Origin: Octopus sinensis
Lineage: Eukaryota
Direction: 5' to 3'
Assembly (NCBI RefSeq): GCF_006345805.1
Contig: NC_043010.1
Location: forward strand, 23,002,001-23,066,000
DNA: 64,000 nucleotides
Of this stretch, positions 13,416 through 25,253 are shown in pieces. How positions within the stretch are numbered: the first letter of the stretch is position 1; each line of letters opens with the position of its first letter. The notes beneath the pieces were generated by a model. It had not been told where the DNA came from, did no database searches, and worked only from the letters and a program-made list of their open reading frames with translations. The translations under genes were made by a program, and so were the position numbers.

Positions 13416-13829
13416 CACAAGATGATCCCACATAGCAGTAGGAAGCACAAAGAAGAGCGGTTCTGTGCAATGCGCTTCTTCAGCAGAAACTGTACAGAAA
13501 AAAAGCCCAAACACACTGAAAGGTGGTTTTCCAGCATTATATATATGTTGTTATATTTCTGGAATGCTTATATTTTGCTAATTAAACACACGCGTACGAA
13601 TATTTAATTGGATTGGCAAAATATGGGCATACCCAACTATAACAAATTGTTTCAATACACGATTTCGCATTAAGAATCTTGCAAAACAAATACATATATA
13701 TGTATGTATGTATGTACGTATGTATGTATGTATGTATGTATGTATATATATATGTATATATGTATGTATGTATGTATATATATATGTGTGTGTGTGTCTG
13801 TATATATATATAATATATATATATATAGG

Positions 13830-13893
<64 letters not shown>

Positions 13894-14029
13894 TATACAC
13901 ATATATCTTTATATATATTATATGTATATCTATCTATATCCATATATATATAAATAAATATATATATATATATAATATATATATATATACATATATATAT
14001 GTATGTATATATATATATATGTATGTATA

Positions 14030-14512
14030 GTCAATAATAAAAGGGTAAAATTAATTAATTATCAATTAATTTTACCAAGTAGTGTTCAGTATGTAAAAAG
14101 ACCATTTACGGTATATTTAAAACATTATGTTATATACTTAGGGTTCAGTAAAATAATTTACTTTACCACACACCGAACTTTTAGAAATAGCAGCCAAAAA
14201 ATCTTAGCTATTTCCTCTACTATAAGAAAAGTCTCCCAGACAATGTATACTCAAAAATAATTCACGCAGGTATAGAGGGAAAAATAACGAAAGATCACAC
14301 GTACATCGATTACTTGAGAACGCCGTTTCTGGATTAGTTGGATATAGAGATCAACATTTCCGTCATCAGCCCAAGATTTCTTTAGGTTTGGATTTGAGAG
14401 CACTAAAAATCGACCATACCCGTCTGATATGAGTAATCCCAGACAAACCATCTTCGACCGCTAGTACTAATGAATTCAAAAAATAGAAATCTTGGGCTGA
14501 TGACGGAAATGT
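14030..14512 (-). mobile_element. Penelope-like element terminal (pLTR) remnant with a short inverted copy
   Basis: Carries a type I hammerhead on the minus strand; perfect 28-bp inverted repeat 14354-14381 / 14485-14512. Confidence 0.6.
14313..14375 (-). ncRNA. Type I hammerhead ribozyme (PLE-type, short stem III)
   Basis: Minus strand: CTTGGG-CTGATGA-CGGA..TCCA-GAAAC-GGC-GTT-CTCAAG; stem I CTTGGG/CTCAAG, intact core, C-A mismatch at the base of stem II. Confidence 0.7.
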
Positions 14513-14562
14513 GCAAGTTGTTTGCAAGACATCTAAGACCTTGTGGTAGGTAACCACTGACA

Positions 14563-14658
14563 AACCGGAAAGACGGTTAGGCATCTTGGAAAGACAAGAG
14601 GACTGCTCGGAAAGACCAGCGGACAATAGGAAAGACTATCGACACCAGGAAAGACTGG
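14563..14658 (+). repeat. Array of five stem-loops with invariant GGAAAGAC in the HERO 5' leader
   Basis: GGAAAGAC at 14567, 14588, 14609, 14629 and 14648, each flanked by a different complementary stem. Confidence 0.9.
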
Positions 14659-14783
14659 CGGAGGCTGCGGACTTACGATCCTCGCCTCTGTATTTTATTG
14701 TAACAGACATAACAGGAAATGACAGCCCCACGATTGACCGAGAGGGGGGAGTCTAGAATCAATCAAACCCAGTCAGCACGGAA

Positions 14784-17700
14784 ATGACCTCTGAAACGAA
14801 CATGATTATTCATTCGAACAGCGAACGAACTGCAAACAACTTTGGATGCAAGCTGGGCTATAGAACCTTTGCAACTGAGAGAGGTTTGAAGATACATCAG
14901 GGAAAGACTTGTGAGAAGAGGACAGAGCAGTGTGGATCGTCAGATCGTAAAACACGTGGCAAATCATCCCCGGACTCAAACCACAGCGGATCGATAAATG
15001 CTACAGCAGAGAACTCTTCACGTGAAGAAACTACAAGTCATGAAACTGGTGCATCAGATAATATTCAGAGGAAACCGAGGGTTTTGTGGCCTGCTGCTAA
15101 TGAGAAAGTGAAATATAAAGAGTTTGAAAACAAGGTTGTCGGGCTCTTTATAAAATGACAGGCTCTACAGTGAGAAACTGGGAAAATTATCAAGCTCAAT
15201 ATACGATAGGAAAAGATTTATTTGTGGAATAAAAGAGAATATCCGACTAGAGAAAGGAAAGTGTGGACCAAGCAGAGGGGATCAGAAAAATGCAGCAGTT
15301 GAGGAAGGAAAAGTCCGACTTAAGAAAGCGATGGAGATGTGCTGCCTAGAGATGAGAAACCTGGCCTTGCGTTGCTGTATAACGATTTGAAGAGGAAATG
15401 TCGTTATGTGCAACGACATATCCGCCGATATGAGCGTCGAAAAGAAAGTAAAAGGACTCGGAGGCAGTTTCTGAAGGACCCGTACGGGTTTACTAAGAAG
15501 CTGTTCACTGAACCGAAGAGTGGTACTTTATCGTGCACTAAAGAAGAATTGGATGCTCATATCAAGGAAACCTACAGCGATCCGCACCGTAATCAGCCGC
15601 TGCCACCTCTACATGGGCTAAATCATCTCTCAGGACCTGATATCTAATTCCAGATTGGGGACATCAGGGAGAGAGAGGTGAATGATTTCGTAAGAAAAGC
15701 TAGAGCAAAGAGTGCCCCAGGAGGTGATGGCGTCTCATATAAAGTCTACAAATACTGCAATCGTCTGCGAAAGAATCTCTTCGTCCTAATCCGACAACTG
15801 TGGCGCGAGGAGACTATAGTAGAGGATTGGTGTAAGGCAGAAGGTATATACCTGACGAAAGAGGCCAATGCAAAGACCATAAAACAGTTTAGGCCGATAT
15901 CCTTATTGAATGTGGAAAGCAAGATCATTATGGGAATTCTGTCGAGGAGAACAGTGACATATTTACAGAGTAACGGATATGTTGATGAATCTGTTCAAAA
16001 GGCCGGAATCCCCGGGATCCCTGGATGCGTTGAACGCTGTTTTTCGATTTGGAAAGAGATCCAGGATGCCAAACAGAACAAGAAAAGTCTGAACGTGGTA
16101 TGGCTCGACCTAGCTTACGCGTATGGTTCAGTGCCACACAAATTACTAATAACAGCCATGGACCACTTCCACATTCCTGACAAAGTGATCAAAATAATGA
16201 GGATGTACTATGAAAGTTTCGAAATGAGGTTTACAACTGGAAATTTTACAACAAATTGGCACCGATTGGAGGTTGGCATTGCTGCTGGCTGTACAATATC
16301 TGTCACGTGGTTTATCTTAGTCATGGAGTTGATTTTAAAAGGTGTAGATTTTTCGGAACAAATCGCCCATGTACAATCGCCTAAGAAAGCCTTCATGGAT
16401 GACGTGACACTTCTAGCTACAGATAAACAAATCATGCAGAATGCCCCCTTTTGAGATTAGACGAACTTGTAAGGTGGTCAAGGATGCGATTTAGAGCAAA
16501 AAAGTCGCGTAGTCTGACATTTGTTAAGGGAGTGCAGAAAGAATTTAAATTTCGAATATCTGAAGAAAGCATTCCAACAGTCAAGGAAGAGCCCGTCAAG
16601 AGCTTGGGACGAGTATACGCTGGAACATTGTCAGACAGAAGTCGTGGGATTGAAATTATGAAACAGGCCGAGGCTGGGTTATCAGCGATTGATGTTTCGA
16701 AGTTACCAGGTAAATATAAAATTTGGTGCTTGCAGTTCGGCTTGTACCCGCGACTTGCGTGGCCACTTGTAATATACGAAGTAGCATTGTCACGAGTTGA
16801 AAGGATTGAACAAAAATGTAATGTGTTCATTAGAAAGTGGCTAGGTCTACCTCGTATGTTGAACAGCTCAGCTCTTTATCGTAAAAGAGGTTCGTTGCAG
16901 TTACCAATAGCATCAATAGTCGAAATATATAAGTTGGGGAAGATACGGACGGTCATGATGCTGAGAGAATCGAAGGATATGGAAATTAGGCGTAATGCAC
17001 CAGAGGTGAAAACAGCCAGGAAGTGGAAAGCAGAAGCAGAAACTGACAACATCTTGTCTTCTCTTATACACGGAGATATGGTGGGAGCAATGCAGAACCA
17101 TCGGAAAGGATTTGGTTTTGGCGCAGATCAGTTCAGACCGTTTGCAAGCATGATACCGTGTGAACGCAGATCTGTTGTTAGCAACAGCGTCAAAACAAGA
17201 GAAGCAGAGAGAAGAGAGCTTCATTTGATCCGATGTGTTCATCAAGGTCAGATGACGAGATGGGAAGAACATGTTGTTGAGAGGAAGATAAGTTGGGATG
17301 AGATGTGGAAGTGGACGACATCTCGGCTGAGTTTCCTGATTCGTTCATCTTATGATGTTTTGCCATCACCTACGAATCTAGTAAGATGGAACGTCTTAGA
17401 GAATGACATCTGCAAATGTGGAAAAGTCGGTACACTAAAACATATTCTTTCCAACTGTTCATTAGCATTGAACAGGTACACATGGAGGCACAACTTGGTC
17501 CTTAAGGTTATCTTCAATGCTATAAAGAACCAAATTCATCTCAACAACACTGAGGAAAAATCGTTAAAAGTACCATCAAGAGAGTTCATTACCTGTGCGA
17601 CCAGGTCAGCAGATCCGTTTCAAGAAGAAGACCAAGAAACTTCCTGAGAAAAATGAAAAGTGGAAAGGCTATTGGGAGGTAACTGCAGATTTACCTGGGT

Positions 17701-18077
17701 GCCAGGTTTTCTTTCCCATCTCAGTTTCGAAAAAACCACATATTTTGATGTGGTGTGAAAGAAAGAAAGTTGTAAATATAGTCGAGCTAACGGTTCCTCA
17801 CGAAGATAATATGGACGCCGCTCGAGCTCGAAAATTAAACCGTTATGAAAAGCTCCTCGAGGAATGTGAAGACGCGGGCTGGAAAGCGGAACATTTTCCT
17901 ATCGAAGTCGGATGTAGAGGGTTTGTAGGACACAGCGTGAGACGACTGTTGTTATCGTTAGGCCTAACTCATCGTAAAGTCAATACCACCATGACTGATA
18001 TCCAATCTACAGTGGAGAAGGCTAGCCACTGGATTTGGTTAAAAAGAGACGATGAGCGATGGCTAGAAGTATATTGA
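14784..18077 (+). pseudogene. HERO polyprotein (Zn finger - RT - CCHC - REL) broken by frameshifts and a stop
   Basis: Pieces 14784-15158 (C..RTFATERGLKIHQGKTC), 15339-15647, 15678-16454 (SAPGGDG, FRPISLLN, WLDLAYAYGSV, AFMDD), 16451-17647 (VKSLGR, CKCGKVGTLKHILSNC, RYTWRHN), 17595-18077 (KPHILMW, VELTVPHE, RKLNRY, IEVGCRGF). In-frame TAA at 15645-15647; the REL PD appears as PH. Confidence 0.9.
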
Positions 18078-18118
18078 GTTCTTCATAACCAGCTGATCTA
18101 GCAAGCGGGGCTTCATAT

Positions 18119-18204
18119 CAGTGAGGGGGGCCGGTGCGTACTGATGCCGTCGAGAGGTAGGCCCCGAAACGGCGCGCATTCTCTCCTGATGACCCCATAC
18201 ACTG
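18119..18204 (+). ncRNA. Candidate permuted/pseudoknotted hammerhead ribozyme in the HERO 3' UTR
   Basis: GUC triplet (18149-18151), GAAA (18166-18169) and CUGAUGA (18186-18192), with stem I GAGAG/CTCTC and stem III GCCGT/ACGGC in exact hammerhead register but non-standard strand order. Confidence 0.7.
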
Positions 18205-18269
18205 GCTAGCTTCCGATATACGGAGCTTTTAACCGGTAGCACTTGCATGTGCAAGTTGTTTGCAAGACA

Positions 18270-18439
<170 letters not shown>

Positions 18440-19109
18440 ATATTATATAGTATATTGGATTTGGATTTCTCTCCTTATACTCTTCCTGCAAATTATAGTC
18501 TGGCCATGAGCAGAATAATTCAACTGGTTTCACCAGATAAAGCTATTTTGGTAAATGTTAATTAATTCCTGAACAACATCCTCTTTTTTGAATGCGTGGA
18601 GAGAGACAGAGAGAGAGTAGGAGAATGAGAAAGAGAAAGAAAGAAAGTGGGAGAGGGAAGAGGAGGGGCAGAGAGAGGATATTGGGATATTGATAATTAA
18701 ATATAATTGATATTCTGTGAATATTTTGATCTAGAATATCTACGTAACTAAGTTAATTACACCTAGGAGAATTAATTGTTACTAAAATATGACAACAAAA
18801 GAAAAACAAAAAAACAAAAAATTTAACCAGCGAACGTCTAATTGTACCGTATTATCGCTTATTATTATCATATTATCTTAGGGCAGTGGGCTGACAGAAT
18901 CATTAGAGCTTCGAAAATAAAAAAAAAAGGAAGAAAGAATAAAAAAGAAAAGAAAAATACCTCGTGGAATGTGTTTCAAATTTTCTCCGTCTGGTTTCAA
19001 ATCGCGCTGAGGTCAACTTTGCATTCCTCCTTTGGTAATCAAGAAAATGAAATATCAATCAATTTCAAGGCTGAATGTTATCGATTAACCCTTAATGTCA
19101 GGTCACTTG

Positions 19110-19420
19110 TGAGGTCTGGCATGAGTGCTACTAGTAACATGGAATTCAGTGCAAGCAGTTCCATGGTCTGATCGTCGGCGACTAAACCGGCACCTGCACT
19201 AGGCTTGCCTGGTGAGGAGGATTACTAGAAACCCAACAGGACTGAAAACGGACGAAACTAGTGTAGGTTCAACGACTATCTAGCAATATCAGAGGGTCTC
19301 AGAAATTCCAGGTTGGTGTCCGGCGTGCTGGAAGATTGACACCAACACTATATTATGGTATCTAGCCAGTCCTGGCACACTACGGGTTGATGTGCAGAGA
19401 CACTTATGGACTCTATAATA
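19110..19420 (+). mobile_element. RTE-type 5' region, second diverged copy
   Basis: TAACATGG..CCATGGTC..TCGTCGGCGACTAAAC..GGTGAGGAGG is shared with 12296-12382 (minus strand). Confidence 0.5.
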
Positions 19421-20265
19421 AATGTGTGTGTGTGTGCGCGCACGCGCGCGTGTGTTTTCCTTTATGCGCTATTATAAAAATAATGAGAGAGAAATAATCT
19501 TAAAGACAGAGGTGACGAAAGGATTAAGGAGGAGGGGCAGAGCAGAAGAAGAGAAGTGGGAGGAGGAGGAAGTGAAGGAGGATTGGGGAAAATGGGAGAG
19601 TAGCATGGGAGAGGTTATACAAACGAGGAATTTACTCTTTTACTCATTTATATGCTTCTGCCCAAAGACTGCGGACATGCTAGAGCACCACCAGTGAAAT
19701 CTGTTTAATTTTTATTTGCAACTCATTTCATTGTTTTATATAAAATGATGAAAAGATTTCGTAAAAGATAAAATTATGATTATTGTATCTGTTGTGTGGA
19801 AGTAGAACACCCCTATTAATTGGCTCCTAATGGACTGTGCCACAATATAAATGGACATACGCAGAGAGCCTTCAGGAGTGTAAAGCTGGGAGTTGCGTAT
19901 TGTCGAGGGTCATCACCACTACCTTAAGTAGAACGTGCGACACAACAGTATGCAAGCCATATTTTCTGATATTGCCAATGGTTACGAAAGTTTTATTTCC
20001 AATGGTACCCGTCATGTGACGCGGAACTTCTTATATAATTCATTGGAGGAAAACCACGCACCGACAACGAAATAGGCAATTAGGGAGTTAAATAAGATAT
20101 CTGGTGAAGGGAGTTGGTGTGTGTGTGTGTTTGTATACACATGCACACGCACATATACATATAGGAAAAGAGATAGATAATGATATAGAAAGATTTCTAT
20201 CTATCTATGAATGCCTGCTGTTTATTATAGATCGTTAGATAGCTATGTATATATATATATATTTG

Positions 20266-20298
<33 letters not shown>

Positions 20299-20817
20299 AC
20301 ACACACACATATATATACACACACGTACACACAGAACACAAAGAGAAAAAGTGAGAGGAAGAGCGAGAATGAAAGTGGCAGTGAGCGAGAGAGGAAGAAT
20401 AGAAAACGACGTCAATAAAATCTCGTCTTATATCAACAAATAGGACTTGAAAATTAAACGGAAACGATTTTGAGAATTTCAAGAAGGTTATACAATTCCA
20501 AGAATAATGGTGGGCAGTGAATCATGCATTAAATATAAACGGAAGAAATATGTTTTCCATTGTCTTTAATTCAATAAGAAAGCACATTTTCATGGTTCTA
20601 CAATATTTCTTAAGAGATTTCATACACGTTCAATGTTTCGCTTTAAAAGCATTCAGTAATATATCTGAAAGGAAACCCAACTAAATTAACAGCCATGTTA
20701 AACCAGTCTATTTGCCGCATTTTAGTTAAATCTTTTTAAATTTCGAGCTCGAATCCTGCTGAAGAACTATTTATTTATTTATTTATTTATTTATTATTTA
20801 TTTATTTATTTATTTAT

Positions 20818-21085
20818 TCAGTCACACCTTTGGCACTCGGTCGGTTACGACGAAGAGCGTTCCACTTCATTATGGAATAGTCTACTTGTGAAATTAACGA
20901 GCAAGGGGGAGAACTGCGTTCAGCGTAACACAGAAAGCGACAAGGCTGGTCCCTTTGACTTACAACTACAATTCACTTTTACCTACAGAGTAGACTGGCG
21001 CAACGTGAAATAAAACGTGTCACTCAAGGACGCAACGCGGCGCCAGGAATCGAATTCACGAGCGTGATCCGAATACCCTGACCAC
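20818..21085 (-). mobile_element. tRNA-derived SINE related to family C, reverse copy
   Basis: GAGTAGACTGGCGCAACGTGAAATAAA..CTCAAGGACGCAACGCGG..GGAATCGAA resembles the reverse complement of the family C head and core. Confidence 0.6.
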
Positions 21086-21229
21086 TCACCTACCTGACGC
21101 ATGTCAAACGTAAATGATATCGGTACAACATCGATTTTCCTGACTTTTGATCCCAAATCCGTTCTGGATTACTGATGCCTCCGAACCTGCGATGGTTCGT
21201 TCTGACTCTAAGCTGAACGAGTATCGAAC

Positions 21230-21970
21230 GGATTCCGGGTTCAGCCCCAGTCCGTGGCTCCTTGGGCAAGTGTCTTCTGCTATAGCTCCGAGTTGACCAA
21301 AGCCTTCTGAGTGGATTTCGTAGACGGAAACTGAAAGAAGCCCGTCATACATATTCTTTTACTTTTGCTTGTTTCAGTCGTTTGACTATGGCCATGCTAG
21401 AGCACTGCCTTTAGAAATCCACCTCAGGACATATTCTTTGTAATCTTAGTGCTTATTCTATCAGTTTCTTTTGCCGAACCACTAAGTTACGGAGGCGTAA
21501 ACACACTAACATTGGTTGTTAAGCGATTATGGAGGGACAGAGAAAGACACGCATTAACACAAACACACATACGACAGGCTTCTTTCAGTTTCCGTATACC
21601 AAATCCACTCACAAGGCTTTTATCGGCCTGAGGCTATAATAGAAGGCACTTTCCCAATTTGCCATGCAGTGAGACTGAACCCGGAACTATGTAGTTGAGA
21701 AGCAAGCTTCTTACCGCACAACCACTCCTGAGATAGAGAGAGAGATGTATGAGGGCGTGCGCGTGTGAGTGTATTTGTGTTTGTTCCTCACCACCGCTTC
21801 ACAACCGCTGTTGATTTGTTTACGTTTCCGTAACTTTGACAAAGAGAGATCGATAGAACAAATTGTAGACTTTTCGGACAAACACTGAGATCGATTTAAC
21901 CGACTAAAGCCTTCAATCCGCTGCACCAGAATGGCCGCAGTCTAATGACTGCAACAAGGAAAAGATAAAA
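21230..21970. mobile_element. Cluster of SINE family A pieces in alternating orientation (+ head, - near-full copy, + tail)
   Basis: Head at 21230-21350 (+), copy at 21355-21730 (-), tail at 21770-21970 (+). Confidence 0.75.
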
Positions 21971-22524
21971 GCTCCATTCAATGAAATAGAAGGACCTGTC
22001 TTCATTACTATAAATGGTACAAAGCTTTTAAATACTATATTGTGCAAAGCCCTAGACTGTGCAAGGTCCCAGTAAACTAGTCTCGCAGCCGCGGGAATTT
22101 GGAGTTCCTACTTGTAAATTAGAGCGGATTATGGGAGGCTCCGGGATTAGCAGTGTCTGGAAATCCGGTGTTGTACCACTATGAAGCTGTTCATCTGAGT
22201 AGAAAATAGATGCAGTTGACTAAACGCTAAGAAGAAATATTTGAACAAGCCAATCCATGAGCGGTAGTCCTTGGTACACTTGCTGTGTATGAAGGTTTAC
22301 GATTACAGTGGTGGATTCCTATTACAGGCTTCCTTTTTCTCATCTCTCTGACCTCAAGCTGTAAGTACCCTTGCAAATATTATGTAGCTGTGTGTACGTA
22401 AGTATGTCTCTGTATGTGTGTCATTATTCAGTCTATTTCAAGATTTCTTGCCAATAGAATAAGATCCGGTTTCGAACCTAGATCCAAGTCTACTTCATTG
22501 AAATTTTTACATCAACAACTGGGT

Positions 22525-22960
22525 ATGCATGCATGCATGTATGTATGTATGTATGTATGTATGTATGTATGTATGTATGTATGTATGTATGTATATATAT
22601 ATATATATATATTTATGTATGTATGTATGTATGTATGTATATATGTATGTATGTATGTATATATTTATGTATGTATGTATGTATGTATTTATGTATGTAT
22701 GTATGTATATATGTATGTATGTATATATTTATGTATGTATGTATGTATTTATGTATGTATGTATTTATGTATGTATGTATTTATGTATGTTTGTATGTAT
22801 TTATGTATGTATGTATGTATTTATGTATGTTTGTATGTATTTATGTATGTATGTATTTACGTATGTATTTATGTATGTTTGTATGTATGTATGTATGTAT
22901 GTATGTATGCATGCATGTGCAGATTTATATGTTTTATGTATGTACGCTCATGCTCATATG
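22525..22960. repeat. Degenerate (TATG)n/(TATT) tetranucleotide array
   Basis: Directly visible. Confidence 0.9.
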
Positions 22961-22963
22961 TAT

Positions 22964-23122
22964 TTAAATGAAAAACTTTTGGAAAGTTTTACTGATTTTT
23001 ACAGGTCCAGTGATGAACTGGATCTGTAGTCTTCGAATTAGCTTTCTCCTTTTGGATTTTGAGAAGCCTAATTTCTCAAAATTGGTATTTAGTCTGTGTG
23101 TTACATATCCCAAGGCCCAAAC
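22964..23122 (-). mobile_element. C-terminal fragment of a REL-type non-LTR retrotransposon
   Basis: ALGYVTHRLNTNFEKLGF...LQIQFITGPVKISKTFQKF resembles the (G)ALG-to-end segment of REL endonucleases; flanked by (TATG)n. Confidence 0.55.
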
Positions 23123-24337
23123 ATGTATGTATGTATGTATGTATGTATGTATGTATGTATGTATGTATGTATTCATACACACTCTCACAAACACACACAC
23201 ATACACAGATTCACATACTTAAGTATATATGATACATACACATACGTGTATACCCCTATATATTATATATGATATAGTACATTTCCTATAAATAGCGCTT
23301 TATTTTTTCCCAGATGTGATACATCTGGAACTAAATTCTCGTTTAAGCATTGAAGAATGTGATATTTACGATTTTTGCTGCTTGGCACTTTTTATTTATA
23401 GTGAGCGAATCGGCCTCATAAGTGGTCCCACCATTTTCTATACAAGTGGATCTCGATCTGGGACCACATGTCCCTTGCATTCCATATAAAAGTTTTAATT
23501 GTTAAAAATCATGAGAAATAAATCGAATATACCTCAACAATACGCAAGATATTTTATCAATATCTATTTTATCAATTCCTAATATTGCAATATTCAATTA
23601 TAAAAATATAAAGGGATTTTTCAAAACTTCAAATGGCTTGAGGGATGGACACTAGAATACAAAAAAAAATCAAACGGTTCATAGGCAAAAAGTGTTTGAG
23701 AACCATAGCCCTCTATAATCTCAGTAGTTAATCCTCGTCCTGGCCAGAACGATTGCGCCAAATCACGAAGAAATAAGTTTAATTCTAGTGATACGTAATT
23801 ATTATTATATTCTCAAATCGCGATAAACGTGAAGCAACGTAAAATTAATTTATCAAAGAAAGCGATATGTTGTATAAATTCTCAACCGAAGCATTTAACC
23901 AATTGTTACATTATTCAACCCCCAGCACCACCATCACCACCATCACCAACAGGCAGCTACTTCCTTCGATATTTTCACACCAGCTCGGTTGTATGATATT
24001 GAGTCATTCCTAAATTGTAACCCGAAACCAATTCTCTAATGCCGTTCACCAATTTAAGCTAACACCAAATCACTAATATAACACTAAAACCATGGTCCTA
24101 ATGGGATCTGACACAAATTTTCCATTCTCTCAAATTATGAAAGCATTACGTTGTATGGTTTATATCGATACAATGTACACGTACACCTACACGCATACAC
24201 ACACACGCGAGCGTGCTTACATACAATCATAAATATACTCTAACGCACAATGATATATAGACATACACACCCAATATATACATGCAAATATATGTGTATG
24301 TATGACTCTCTTTCACTCCTTCTTTCTGTCTGTCTCC

Positions 24338-24368
<31 letters not shown>

Positions 24369-24676
24369 ATATGTATATACATACGTACGTACATACAGAT
24401 TGCCTATATATTTCTACGCGTACACATCTTCCTTTGTATTCAGGTTTATACTTGTGTATACACGTATACAATGCATTTAGGTATCTTTCTCTCTCGCTCA
24501 ATCTCTCTCCCCCCTCTCTCCCCCTCTCTCTCTCAATAATACATATATATACATAAATACATACATACATACATACATATATATACATATATAAATATAC
24601 ATACGTTCTTGCATACATGCATACATTCACAAATATATATTTTACATATATATAGATACATATAAATATATTATAT

Positions 24677-24717
<41 letters not shown>

Positions 24718-24910
24718 TATACATATCTATATGTATATTTATATATATATATATTATATATATATATCTAATATATATATATATATATATGATATACATA
24801 GATATATTAATGTATATATAAATATATAAATATACCATATATATATATATATGTATGTATATATATATATATATATATATATAGATATATATGTATATAT
24901 ATATTATATA

Positions 24911-24954
<44 letters not shown>

Positions 24955-25210
24955 TATATATTTAAATATATACATACATATAAATATAGGTAGTGAGACA
25001 AATAGTGAGAGAAAGGGAAAGAGATTGAGAGAGAGAGGCAGAGAGAGACAAAGAGTGTCAGAAACAATTGAATGTGGTGTGTGCGAATTTATATTCGTAA
25101 CCACATTGAATACGGATATATATATATATATATACACATCTATAAGTTACATATACATACATGCATACCATACATACATGCACTCATGCATACATACATA
25201 TAGGTATGTA

Positions 25211-25253
<43 letters not shown>

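Noticed and set aside
14558-14660. CRISPR-like repeat-spacer appearance of the GGAAAGAC array
   Set aside because: The constant part is only 8 nt, the variable parts are self-complementary stems, the context is a eukaryotic retrotransposon, and there are no cas genes.
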